Part shown: one piece after another, positions 1 to 9,022 of the stretch
Position numbering within the stretch: position 1 is the stretch's first letter
Layout: every line of letters starts with the position of its first letter
From: Candidatus Poribacteria bacterium
GTDB lineage: Bacteria; Poribacteria; WGA-4E; WGA-3G
Length of the DNA: 64,000 nt
NCBI GenBank assembly: GCA_965205015.1
Contig: OZ242029.1
Coordinates: forward strand, 5,440,001 to 5,504,000
Reading direction: 5' to 3'
Translations under genes and position numbers: made by a program
The notes under the pieces: model-generated
What the model was told of the DNA's origin: nothing
The model's input: the letters and a program-made list of their open reading frames with translations, nothing else
The model's database searches: none

Positions 1-413
1 TGTCTTGCGGCTTCATAGGGTGCGCTAAATCGTACTTGATGGTCGATCGCCAATTTCACATTGTGCTGTGAACAGGTTTCCAGCATCTCCCGCGCCTGTC
101 CGAGGTTCTCCGCCATCGGCTTTTCTGAAAGAATCCCTTTCACACCCCGTTTCGCGACCTCAATTGCCACCGGCGCATGCAGTTTCGGACGGGTGCAAAC
201 GGAGACTAAGTCAATCTTTTCCGTTTCGAGCATCTCAATGTAATCGGTATACTGTTTTTCGACCCCGTACTGTTCGCCGTAAGCTTTCAGTCCCTTTGGG
301 TTAATATCCGCAATCGCCGTCAGAGAAGCCCTCGGTTCATTCACATACCATCCGGCGTGCATGTGAGAAATCCCACCGCACCCAACTATTGCAACGTTGT
401 AGGTTTTATCCAT
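1..413 (-). CDS. Gfo/Idh/MocA oxidoreductase, N-terminal part (runs off window edge)
   Basis: Manual translation from ATG at 413: MDKTYNVAIVGCGGISHMHAGWY..., Rossmann GxGxxS motif; GGAG RBS upstream; not in ORF track. Confidence 0.85.
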   Translation of the reverse strand, partial: MDKTYNVAIVGCGGISHMHAGWYVNEPRASLTAIADINPKGLKAYGEQYGVEKQYTDYIEMLETEKIDLVSVCTRPKLHAPVAIEVAKRGVKGILSEKPMAENLGQAREMLETCSQHNVKLAIDHQVRFSAPYEAAR

Positions 414-425
414 TAGAGACTCCTC

Positions 426-1154
426 TTATTTCTTTTTTGTTTCGTGTTCCAAGCAGGACAAAACATCATGTAGATTTGAGATGGAGTAATCTGGTTGTTC
501 GTCTACTGTTTTTGCCCCCAACACATCTGACTTTCGGTCAATGAGAATGCTGGTCATGCCGGCGCGGTTGGCACCCACGATGTCGTTTTCAACGGTATCA
601 CCGACGAACAGAGCCGCTTTCGGTGAAACGCCTGCGCGTTCACAAGCGACTTTGAAGATTTCAACCTTCGGTTTTCTGACACCGATTTCACCGGAAATCG
701 TCAACGACTGGATACGCTCGCTGAGACCCAGGTGTCGGACTTTAGAAAGTTGACTGTCGGTGTGTTCATCGTGCGCACCGTTTGTAATAATGCCGACATG
801 GTATGTATGTAACTTCTCAAGGACGGTGACGTCGTCGTAAAGCCTTAAACTCGTGAGGTAACGCGAACAGAAAAAGTCGCTTAGTTCTTCCATAACTCTA
901 TCTATGGGTAGATCCAATTCTTTGAACAAACACTCGAAACGTGAGTCTCTCACGTCTGCCATAGCACATTTTCCGGCGTCGAGTTGCTTGAAGAGTTCCT
1001 GGTGGACTGTTTTCCATGCCTCTGTAAGCACCTCTTCTGAAATAGCTGGATACTGCTGGCGCAGAAGCTGAAACATTTCTCTTTGCGCGATGCTCCATGC
1101 CGTATCGGAGTCGCAAAGTGTGCCATCAAGGTCAAAGAATACTGCTTTAATCAT
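426..1154 (-). CDS. HAD-superfamily hydrolase (YjjG/NanP-like)
   Basis: FFDLDGTL motif I, ITNG motif II, KP...VGDTVENDIVGA motifs III/IV. Confidence 0.9.
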   Translation of the reverse strand: MIKAVFFDLDGTLCDSDTAWSIAQREMFQLLRQQYPAISEEVLTEAWKTVHQELFKQLDAGKCAMADVRDSRFECLFKELDLPIDRVMEELSDFFCSRYLTSLRLYDDVTVLEKLHTYHVGIITNGAHDEHTDSQLSKVRHLGLSERIQSLTISGEIGVRKPKVEIFKVACERAGVSPKAALFVGDTVENDIVGANRAGMTSILIDRKSDVLGAKTVDEQPDYSISNLHDVLSCLEHETKKK

Positions 1155-2061
1155 TTACGTTGCTGCCTTCCAGGAATTCGAGTAGAATTTTCTCGCTGAT
1201 TGCATCCAATGCGCCGTGTCCCTCGTTGACGACTTTATAGTGAATCACGTCACCATTGAGGTAACTGAAGATTTCCACATTGCCATCGATTCTGGTAGGG
1301 TTGGATAATTTCTCTCCGCCGTATCCCAGCTGCCTCGCCCAGAGAAAAATCGATTCTTCGGCATCAACAAAACCCAACGTGCCGTCCTTGGCAGGAATGT
1401 ATTTTGAAGGACCCCCGCGGTAAGGGACAAGATCATCAGTGGTGCCCGAGATATTTATGAGACGTTTGCCGGTCATCGGTGTTGCTACAACTTGATAATT
1501 GTTGTCCGCGCCTTTGGCTTTGAAATTCTTCCCATCGTGCTGATATACATTCAATGGACTGACTGCGGTCACATAATTCCGAAGATTCGGTAGCTTGCTT
1601 TCGATCGCTAACTGGTTCACTAAAGCAGCGCCATTTGAGTTCCCCATGACGCTGAAATTGTCCTCCTGAATGTTGTCGTATGTGGATAGTTTTTTTACAA
1701 TCGCCTCGATGAATCCGAGGTCATCTGCCTTGGAATGCTCCGACACGATGTTCCAACCGGTCTTGTATCCGTTGGCAAACACCATGACGTACCTGGTTGC
1801 TATCGTCGTGTACCGCCGCATGAATTCATTCATCGCTCCTTTCGCATTTCCACCATGGCCATGCAAAAAGATGAAAACTGGGAACTTTTGTTCATCTGCA
1901 CTTTCAGGAACGCTGACATAATATGGACGCTTAAACGCTGTCTCTTGTGTCCACGACTGCGTGATATAATATGCCCCAGATTTTAGTTGTTCTGCAGCAT
2001 TCACGATCGGAATGCCACCTGCTGTCAAGACAGTAGTCAATATCAACATGAGGCGCTTCAC
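1147..2061 (-). CDS. Secreted alpha/beta hydrolase (PHB depolymerase/LpqC-like esterase)
   Basis: Signal peptide, FLHGHGG, nucleophile elbow GNSNG, C-terminal EGH; GTG start chosen after GGAGGGG RBS. Confidence 0.75.
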   Translation of the reverse strand: MKRLMLILTTVLTAGGIPIVNAAEQLKSGAYYITQSWTQETAFKRPYYVSVPESADEQKFPVFIFLHGHGGNAKGAMNEFMRRYTTIATRYVMVFANGYKTGWNIVSEHSKADDLGFIEAIVKKLSTYDNIQEDNFSVMGNSNGAALVNQLAIESKLPNLRNYVTAVSPLNVYQHDGKNFKAKGADNNYQVVATPMTGKRLINISGTTDDLVPYRGGPSKYIPAKDGTLGFVDAEESIFLWARQLGYGGEKLSNPTRIDGNVEIFSYLNGDVIHYKVVNEGHGALDAISEKILLEFLEGSNVND

Positions 2062-2180
2062 TATATCCCCTCCAAAGGTCCCGAAAAATTGTAAAAAAGA
2101 ATTCACTAAGCGATTCGATCTCTAAGCCACCCCAAAGATGTAAACCAATCCAAGGACCCCACATCCAGGCAGCAGCATCA

Positions 2181-2591
2181 CTATCTAAATACCCAGAATA
2201 TGTAAACCAACCCAAGTACTGCCCAAATGCCTGCAGCTATTTTCATGACACGGCTTGTCCATCCTGCTTTTGTGAAGTGAAAGGTAATATGATTGAATAG
2301 TAGCATCAATGCAACTACCAGATTGACATTAAGGTAGTCGTTAGAGCCAAAATTTTTCCACCTAAGCAATTGAAACACATTGAAGGCAAGCAGGCAGAGA
2401 ATAATCGCAAGCATACCATATTTCCAGAGATAGTTTAGCCCAAACTTACGGACACCCCCCGTTTCTGCGAATGCGGCTTCTAAAGTTTCCGGTAGGTCGG
2501 GATTCATTTTCCGGAGTGTTTGTTGGCGTTTTTGAAACTTGTCAATTTTTCCCTCAAGCTGCTTCTTCTCAGCGTCGGTTAGTTGTCTCAT
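2181..2591 (-). CDS. Hypothetical membrane protein (about 3 TM helices)
   Basis: Hydrophobic segments; packed directly downstream of GNAT gene; start uncertain. Confidence 0.6.
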   Translation of the reverse strand: MRQLTDAEKKQLEGKIDKFQKRQQTLRKMNPDLPETLEAAFAETGGVRKFGLNYLWKYGMLAIILCLLAFNVFQLLRWKNFGSNDYLNVNLVVALMLLFNHITFHFTKAGWTSRVMKIAAGIWAVLGLVYIFWVFR

Positions 2592-2596
2592 AAAAA

Positions 2597-3100
2597 TTAC
2601 CACTCTTTCGATGATTTAAGAGGCATGACAAAAGCTAAACACTTTTCATCGCGTTCCATCGGTTCCACGGCAAACCCCATAGAGAGTTTGAGATGATGGT
2701 TTTCAGGGTGATTCTCACCGCTGACGGATCGCACTTGGTAGCAGTCGTACAATTTTGCTTGCCGGATAGTGTATTCCTGTAGTGCGGTGCCGATGCCTTG
2801 CCGTTGGTATTCTTTCTTCACGCCAAACGCGAGGATTTTCGCCTCCCTCAACGTTTTTCCTTGTATCTGAAGGGGTGGGTGATCGCGGTCGTGGGGACCG
2901 ATGTCCCACACCACAAACATGAGAAATCCAACAATCGTCCCCTCCTGTTTCGCCGCCAAAAAATAGCGTGAAAACCGCTCAAAATAGGGATTAAATGCCC
3001 AGCCTTCTTGGTTTAAGTTCTTGACGAGCGCGACAAATTCCTGCCAATCCGGATGGTCGGGTGTGAGTTCTTCAATGGAAAAGTGACGTCGCTTGTTCAT
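2597..3100 (-). CDS. GNAT family N-acetyltransferase
   Basis: Acetyl-CoA motif A VKKEYQRQGIGTAL. Confidence 0.85.
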   Translation of the reverse strand: MNKRRHFSIEELTPDHPDWQEFVALVKNLNQEGWAFNPYFERFSRYFLAAKQEGTIVGFLMFVVWDIGPHDRDHPPLQIQGKTLREAKILAFGVKKEYQRQGIGTALQEYTIRQAKLYDCYQVRSVSGENHPENHHLKLSMGFAVEPMERDEKCLAFVMPLKSSKEW

Positions 3101-3169
3101 TATACGCTTTATTTCTTCAGAAAGGCAAGGTCAGATGAAGATTCAGAATTTAACTCGGTCCTGTAGGCG

Positions 3170-3217
3170 TTAATTGTTCTGAATCAGGATTTCCAGGATT
3201 CAAGGATTTTCAGGATG
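3170..3217. repeat. Short element with 9-10 nt CAGGATT units, copy 1
   Basis: ttaattgttctgaatcaggatttccaggattcaaggattttcaggat; related copy at 4194-4233. Confidence 0.65.
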
Positions 3218-3241
3218 GGATGTCTTCCTTAAGAGATGTCC

Positions 3242-4015
3242 CTACGGCGAAACTTTTATTGCTCCCCAGGTGAGTGTTAATTTCTGGGTCGGTTCGACAG
3301 CAAGTCCCTCCGCTTCAAGGTTCTGTTCAACCTCTGCTTGGCTGAGACCGCGGTTGTAGAGGCGAAGTTCGTCAAGAATGCCGTGGTAAGGCAGACCATC
3401 CGATTTTCTGGCACCCATCCAGAAGTTCTCTCCGTTATGTTTGAGGACCCCCTCGAACTTTTTTTCATTATCTACTTCACCATTGATATAAATAATGGCT
3501 TCGGAACCGTCGTAAACGCCAGCGATGTGATGCCATTTACCGACATCGGGCTGCGCTACGCTGTGAAAGGGCCACGTCTCTAAGGCACCGTTCCAGAGAT
3601 TAAAATCGACCCGAGTTTGGTCCGACCACGCAATCACATAAGAGTTATTTCCCGACCTGGATATGCCAGCGAAAATCGCCCACCCAGGTTTTTCAGGCTT
3701 TATCCACGCCTCCAACGTAATCTGATCGCCGATATCGGTTAAACTCTTATCTGCTCCACAATCCACATGCCCGCCACTAAACTTGAGTGCCTCACCGACT
3801 TTACCGTCAACGACCTCAACATTTCCGTCCATGGTTCCATCGTTTACCCCGAAAATGTCTTCAACCGTTTTCCCTGCGACTGAATCCTTATTGAACGACC
3901 AGTAACTCACCAGCCCGTCGGTAACTGCCTGACGGGCGTGGGCTGCATTTGTAGCCATTAAAACGACCATTATAATGGCTATAACAATTAGTTGTCTCAG
4001 AGTTCTGTTAATCAT
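3242..4015 (-). CDS. Secreted LamG-like jellyroll domain protein
   Basis: Signal peptide, GLVSYWSF, ITLEAWIKP, WHHIAGVYDG, GILDELRLYNRGLS; C-terminal AVEPTQKLTLTWGAIK tail. Confidence 0.9.
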   Translation of the reverse strand: MINRTLRQLIVIAIIMVVLMATNAAHARQAVTDGLVSYWSFNKDSVAGKTVEDIFGVNDGTMDGNVEVVDGKVGEALKFSGGHVDCGADKSLTDIGDQITLEAWIKPEKPGWAIFAGISRSGNNSYVIAWSDQTRVDFNLWNGALETWPFHSVAQPDVGKWHHIAGVYDGSEAIIYINGEVDNEKKFEGVLKHNGENFWMGARKSDGLPYHGILDELRLYNRGLSQAEVEQNLEAEGLAVEPTQKLTLTWGAIKVSP

Positions 4016-4193
4016 TTGGTCCTACCCTCCATTTCAGAATATTAGATCCCCTTCGGTAAGATTAGTTCCGTAATTTACCTAAGTTGCTCTGTTTCCTTAT
4101 CATGGTCACAACACGGGTTCAATTGATACAAGAAACCTCTATAGACCTATAGTACTAATGAAGATCGAGAATTTAATCGAGTAATGCGCGATG

Positions 4194-4233
4194 TTAATTG
4201 TTTGAATCAGGATTCACAGGATTAAAGGATTTG
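4194..4233. repeat. Short element with CAGGATT units, copy 2
   Basis: ttaattgtttgaatcaggattcacaggattaaaggattt, same orientation as copy at 3170. Confidence 0.6.
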
Positions 4234-4241
4234 CGGGAATG

Positions 4242-4315
4242 CGGATAGACACAAGACCCATCTCTCGGGTAGGCACAAGACCCATCTCTCGGGTAGGCAC
4301 AAGACCTACCCCAAC
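4242..4315. repeat. Tandem REP-like repeat, 3 x 24 bp
   Basis: Unit cgggtaggcacaagacccatctct; last unit forms hairpin gggtagg-cacaaga-cctaccc. Confidence 0.85.
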
Positions 4316-4350
4316 AGCAGAGACGGACTCCCTGACTGCTAACAGCCAAT

Positions 4351-4728
4351 TTAGCCATCGTATTCGACGACGACATCATCACCGTCAATCTTGACTGGGT
4401 ACGTCGCCACTCGCAAGGTTTCATCGACGAGGCACCGTCCGGTGGCAATGTCAAACGTCCATTGATGCCACGGACAGCGCAGCACCTCGCCTAAACTATC
4501 AACAGAGAGCGTCGCCCCTTGAATTGAAGGCGGGGCATCGGCGGCGAACCTGCCGCTGAGTTCACCTGTGCAGAGCGGTCCCCGTCTGTGTGGACAGATG
4601 TTACGAATGGCGTAAAATTTGCCATCAACATTAAAGACCCCAATGCCCGCCTTCCCACGGAACGGGACGATGATTTTGCGTTTCCCCGGTGGAATCTCTG
4701 ATACTTTTCCGACGACAACACGTGCCAT
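4351..4728 (-). CDS. Rieske [2Fe-2S] ferredoxin
   Basis: CPH...CPWH Rieske motifs. Confidence 0.92.
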   Translation of the reverse strand: MARVVVGKVSEIPPGKRKIIVPFRGKAGIGVFNVDGKFYAIRNICPHRRGPLCTGELSGRFAADAPPSIQGATLSVDSLGEVLRCPWHQWTFDIATGRCLVDETLRVATYPVKIDGDDVVVEYDG

Positions 4729-4743
4729 ATTTTAATTTTCCCT

Positions 4744-5964
4744 TTAATTCGCTACTGGATTCTGGGATCCGTTGGTTTCCTTCACATCCAATCGAAGGAT
4801 ATCGAGGGCATTCTGGGCGAAGATACGACGGTGTAAGTCTTCTGGGAGCTTCGGGAAAACCGTTACCGGATCGTTCCAGTCGAAATGCGGGAAGTCTGAG
4901 CAGAATATCAGCGTTTCATCCGCATGGAGCATTTCTAACATCTGGTACATCTGTTCCGGCTTCTCCGGTTCATGCATCGGCTGTGACCCGATTCGGATGT
5001 GCTCACGGAAATACTCACTCGGTAACCGCTTCAGCCACGGCGTCTGATCGCGAATTGCTTTCCAATCGGTATCGAGATGCCACATCACCGGCACCGCCCA
5101 CATCTGCTGTGCTTCAATGAGCGCGAACTTGAAGTTCGGAAATTTTTCAAAGACCCCTTCGCAGATCAGCGATGTCGCGTGTGTACTGGCGACATACGGA
5201 CGACTCATCCGGGATTCTATGTAGTAAGTCGGATGCCCGACCGGCGTGGGTACGTTTCGGTTCGCACCGCCGCCACCCCCGATGTGCGATATGACAGGCA
5301 ATCCGTGTTCCTCACACGCTTCCCAGATGGGGTGATAGAAGCGGTTGCCAAAGGGACGACTCGTTCCCATGGGAACCATAACGGCGACAGTGTCCTTGCG
5401 GTGTGCAAGCCTGTTAATCTCTTCTACGGCTTGCGGTGGATCGGATGGCGAAACGAGAATGGCGTTCACAACACGCGCATCCTTCTCGAGCCAATGCTCA
5501 ATTGTCCAATCATTAAAAGCCCGACAGAGGGCAGCCCCCCAATCGGGGTCAGGAACTCCAGAGTATCCATAGAACACAGGGGGTCCCGTCAGCACGGCGA
5601 TATCGATATTCCAGACATCGAGATGCTCATCTTGCAGGAACTCCAAGGTGAAGTTGAAATCTCTGGGATCGCCGCCGGAGTTTTTAGGTGTCGATTCGAC
5701 GGCTTCTTCGACCCGTCCCCTGAGGTCTACACGATTGCTTCGAACCGGGATGTTGGGATACCCGCCGAGATGTAGCCCCTGGTCAAGGAGATGTTCTTGA
5801 TAGAATTTTGACAGGTGGGGCAACAATTGCGTAGGGTGACGGAAATTGTGGTGCACGTCACAGTCAACGATAGCGATCCCGTCTTTCGGTTTCGCAGTCC
5901 AACCGGGTGCGGTAACAGGGGTTGATCCAATTTGACGCATGCAAACGCCTCCTTTATCAGCCAT
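4744..5964 (-). CDS. Amidohydrolase_2 family metal-dependent hydrolase/decarboxylase
   Basis: DCDVHH, FNDW, HPIWEACEEHGLPV.SH, FCSDFPHFD motifs; start could be the second Met. Confidence 0.88.
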   Translation of the reverse strand: MADKGGVCMRQIGSTPVTAPGWTAKPKDGIAIVDCDVHHNFRHPTQLLPHLSKFYQEHLLDQGLHLGGYPNIPVRSNRVDLRGRVEEAVESTPKNSGGDPRDFNFTLEFLQDEHLDVWNIDIAVLTGPPVFYGYSGVPDPDWGAALCRAFNDWTIEHWLEKDARVVNAILVSPSDPPQAVEEINRLAHRKDTVAVMVPMGTSRPFGNRFYHPIWEACEEHGLPVISHIGGGGGANRNVPTPVGHPTYYIESRMSRPYVASTHATSLICEGVFEKFPNFKFALIEAQQMWAVPVMWHLDTDWKAIRDQTPWLKRLPSEYFREHIRIGSQPMHEPEKPEQMYQMLEMLHADETLIFCSDFPHFDWNDPVTVFPKLPEDLHRRIFAQNALDILRLDVKETNGSQNPVAN

Positions 5965-6039
5965 CAGCCATCAGCCGTCGGCTTTCAGTAAGAATAACTG
6001 GACAGTTATCAGTTAGACGGATATGATAAGCCTAACATC

Positions 6040-6158
6040 TCTGGGCAGCCACAAGAACTGTCGCTAAACACCTCTGGGTAGCCACAAGGGCTACCCCTAC
6101 TTCTGGGCAGCCACAAGGGCTACCCCTACTTCTGGGCAGCCACAAGGGCTACCCCTAC
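6040..6158. repeat. Tandem REP-like repeat, 3 x 29 bp plus one degenerate unit
   Basis: Unit tctgggcagccacaagggctacccctact; reads GTAG plus hairpin on minus strand. Confidence 0.9.
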
Positions 6159-7045
6159 TAATGACGGTAGGTCTCACCGATTAAGTTATTGGCAGCGCGG
6201 ACGGGCCGGAAAAGGGTCTGCCGTTTGGCTGGCATTTCAGCTAACAATTTCGGGTGCGGATCCCAATCGTGCCACTTGCTATTGACGGTATTGTAGCAAC
6301 TGAAAATAGCGAGTCGGTCATTTTCCGCATTCGTCCACGTGTGTGTACTATGGGTCAATGCCTCTGTGAAAAAGAGGAGGGACCCAGCCGGACACTCATA
6401 GGTATCCCAAATCGGAGAGTCCTGGCTTTGGATTGTGTCGGGTGCTGTGTAGACGGCTTTATGGCTCGCCGTAATAAACAGGGTGCCTCCCTGCCGATAT
6501 TTGACGGGATTCAGTTCCCAGACGATACGCGTTAAGCCGCTATAGCCTCTGCCGGGGATACACCGATAGAGGTGCGAATCACCGGGAAAACGGAGCATCC
6601 CGTTTCCGTTGTGGGGTCCAAAGTTTCCATCACCCGCTGTCCGATAGAACAAACTACACGATTCCATACGGAAACCGTAGCATTCCTGGCTCGACAACGC
6701 CGGATGCGCGAGAAACTCGTTGAGAAAACCGATGACATTCGGATGGTCGGCGAGCCGTTGCATAGGACCGCCGAGCGGGGAGCGTTCATGTTCGGGAATC
6801 GACTCGGGTTCGTGGCGGAGTTTGTACCCGAACTCTTGCATCTCTGCGAGCGTATCGCCCGACAACACGCCCGGCACTAAAAGCCATCCGCGCATGTCAA
6901 AGAGGTATTTCTGTTCTTGTGTCGGCGCGACGACGGGTGTCCCATCGGAGGTGGTCTCCGTGAGTTGTGCGTTATCAATGTCGAGTGCCGCCCCGAGGTT
7001 TTTATCAACAATAAACGGTTTGGTGTGATCCGTGACGGGTGCCAT
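6158..7045 (-). CDS. PhyH-family Fe(II)/2-oxoglutarate-dependent oxygenase with atypical HNG motif
   Basis: YLFDMRGWLLVPGVL N-terminus, GGTLFITASHK, PAGSLLFFTEALTH, late Arg in DRLAIF; start set to MAPVTD. Confidence 0.8.
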   Translation of the reverse strand: MAPVTDHTKPFIVDKNLGAALDIDNAQLTETTSDGTPVVAPTQEQKYLFDMRGWLLVPGVLSGDTLAEMQEFGYKLRHEPESIPEHERSPLGGPMQRLADHPNVIGFLNEFLAHPALSSQECYGFRMESCSLFYRTAGDGNFGPHNGNGMLRFPGDSHLYRCIPGRGYSGLTRIVWELNPVKYRQGGTLFITASHKAVYTAPDTIQSQDSPIWDTYECPAGSLLFFTEALTHSTHTWTNAENDRLAIFSCYNTVNSKWHDWDPHPKLLAEMPAKRQTLFRPVRAANNLIGETYRH

Positions 7046-7094
7046 AATAGAAATCCTTTGTATTGACTGTTGGTTAATTCGCTGACCACTATTC

Positions 7095-8300
7095 TTATGC
7101 AGCTTTCGCGCGTTTGAGGGCATCCTCAGAGACGCTGAGTGTCTTCGCGACATCTTCATCGGTGTGCGACATGGACATGAACCAGATATGTCCCTCAGGC
7201 AGATATAAACCGCCATCTAAGGTCGCTTCGTAGAAGGTCTTCTGGAACCGCTGTTGGCGTTCATCGTCGCTGTCGGTACTCAAGCCGAAGTAAGGCATGG
7301 GTCCGATGCCACCGATGCGGGCATTCTCAATACCGAGCCGTGCCGTCATCTCTCTGTAGCCATCCAACAATTTCTGCCCCTGTTTCCACATAAAGGCGAC
7401 TCCATCCTTCGCCTCAAGTTCCGCAATTGTAGCGATTGCAGCGGCGACAAGCGATACCTCGCCGTGGAAGGTTGCGGCTACCCAGACATCGCTCACTTCA
7501 TCCATAATTTCTTTTTTCCCCACAACGACAGCCGTTGCAAACCCGTTGGCGAGTGCCTTTCCGAAAACCGACATATCGGGGGTGACCCCAAAGTATTCCT
7601 GCGCACCGCCCAACGAGTAGCGGAATCCGGTTTTGACTTCATCGAAAATCATCAAGGCACCGTTGGCATTGACGATCGCCTTTGCCTCTTCAAGATAATT
7701 GTCTTTGGGTAGGTCGTGTCCGGAAGGTTCCATAATCAAACACGCAATCTGATTGGGATGTGCTTTAAAGAGGTCAGCAAGTCCTTCGAGATCGTTGAAA
7801 TCGACGCTGAGTGTCGCAGCGGCAGCCCCCGATAGATGTCCGCGTGCGTGGCTACACCAATCGTGCCAACCGTGATACCCCGACCGAATCACTTTTTCTC
7901 TCCCGGTATATGCGCGAGCGAACTTAATCGCGCCGGTCGTTGCATCCGATCCCCCGACAAAATAAGCGACCCGATCCGCCGACGGGATAATCTGAACCAA
8001 CTTTTCGGCGAGTTCTACCTCAAGGGTATGTCCGAAATTATATACATTCCCTCGTTCAACGAGATATTTTGTGACCGTATCAATCACAGTCGGATAGGCG
8101 TGTCCAAGGATCATAGGTCCAAATCCCATCAGATAATCGATATAGTCGTTTCCATCGGCGTCCCAAAAATGTGCGCCTTTCGCGCCTGCGATCATAACAG
8201 GTCTCGGGGGCTGGCTCTGTTTATGGGGTTGCCCACCGCCGACCAATGCGGCTTTGGCTCGCTTCTGCCATGCGAGTGATTTTTCAAAACTGCGTCCCAT
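7095..8300 (-). CDS. Class III PLP aminotransferase (glutamate-1-semialdehyde aminomutase-like)
   Basis: WDADGNDYIDY, YHGWHD, FDEVKTGFR, PDMSVFGKALANG with PLP lysine. Confidence 0.9.
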   Translation of the reverse strand: MGRSFEKSLAWQKRAKAALVGGGQPHKQSQPPRPVMIAGAKGAHFWDADGNDYIDYLMGFGPMILGHAYPTVIDTVTKYLVERGNVYNFGHTLEVELAEKLVQIIPSADRVAYFVGGSDATTGAIKFARAYTGREKVIRSGYHGWHDWCSHARGHLSGAAAATLSVDFNDLEGLADLFKAHPNQIACLIMEPSGHDLPKDNYLEEAKAIVNANGALMIFDEVKTGFRYSLGGAQEYFGVTPDMSVFGKALANGFATAVVVGKKEIMDEVSDVWVAATFHGEVSLVAAAIATIAELEAKDGVAFMWKQGQKLLDGYREMTARLGIENARIGGIGPMPYFGLSTDSDDERQQRFQKTFYEATLDGGLYLPEGHIWFMSMSHTDEDVAKTLSVSEDALKRAKAA

Positions 8301-8394
8301 GCTGAAACCTCCAACGTTGGTATGTTGTGCGTTAAATCCGCTCTAATTTTATCTATTTTAACATAATTCGGAATTTGATGGCAGAATTTCTTTC

Positions 8395-8423
8395 TTGAAA
8401 ATTCCTCGTCTGTGGTATATAAT
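8395..8423 (+). promoter_or_regulatory. Sigma70-type promoter of TA operon
   Basis: TTGAAA-N17-TATAAT, 6 nt before ATG at 8430. Confidence 0.7.
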
Positions 8424-8429
8424 CGTTTT

Positions 8430-8747
8430 ATGGATATGCAGATTTACCGGGATGAAAATGGGAATGAGCCGTTTGAGCAGTGGCTTTCCTCAATTAGAGA
8501 CAATGCCACTTGGGCGCGAATCGACAACCGTCTCAAGCGGGTCCGGTCAGGTCTGTTAGGCGACCATCGTTTAATAGGTGAAGGCGTGTTTGAGTTACGC
8601 TTAGATTTTGGTCCTGGTTACCGAATTTATTTTGGGAGAATCGGGCGTGAACACATTTTGCTTCTAATGGGTGGAGATAAGAATTCCCAGCGGAGGGACA
8701 TCGCGATAGCGAAACGGTACTGGCAGGATTTTAAGGAGTCAATGTGA
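8430..8747 (+). CDS. RelE/ParE-superfamily toxin (addiction module killer protein, HigB-like)
   Basis: PFEQWL...ARIDNRLKR...GDH..IGEGVFELRLDFGPGYRIYF...LLMGGDKNSQRRDI. Confidence 0.92.
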   Translation: MDMQIYRDENGNEPFEQWLSSIRDNATWARIDNRLKRVRSGLLGDHRLIGEGVFELRLDFGPGYRIYFGRIGREHILLLMGGDKNSQRRDIAIAKRYWQDFKESM

Positions 8748-8989
8748 TGAGAAAATATAGGAATTACGAAGAGAGCCTCAAGGAGCGATTGGCAGATCCT
8801 GCGTATGCAAAGGAGTATCTTGCCGTAGCACTCGAGGAATATGAGGAAGATGGTAACATTGAAGCGTTTTTGCTTGCAGTCAAAGACGTGGAAAACGCTC
8901 AAGGGGATTTATCAAAGTTAGCAGCGAACGTCCAGCTGAGCCACCAGAGTCTTTATAAGGTATTGTCCGAACATGAAATAATACGATAA
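8744..8989 (+). CDS. Addiction module antidote protein (HTH), apparently C-terminally truncated
   Basis: EYLAVALEE...FLLAVKDV..AQG.LSKLA....LSHQSLYKVLS; ATGA overlap with toxin. Confidence 0.8.
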   Translation: MMRKYRNYEESLKERLADPAYAKEYLAVALEEYEEDGNIEAFLLAVKDVENAQGDLSKLAANVQLSHQSLYKVLSEHEIIR

Positions 8990-9022
8990 AAGTTATAGTA
9001 AGTGTTAGAAAAAGGGGGAAAG

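Noticed and set aside
4194-4454. ORF with CAYPRDGS repeats
   Set aside because: Translation of the non-coding REP tandem; overlaps the Rieske gene out of frame.
6040-6158. CRISPR array interpretation of the 29-bp repeats (also 4242-4315, 12475-12555, 46369-46460)
   Set aside because: Units are head-to-tail or only two copies, with no series of unique spacers and no cas genes in the window.
7095-8300. hemL assignment
   Set aside because: GSA-aminomutase-like but divergent and with no haem genes nearby; left as class III aminotransferase.
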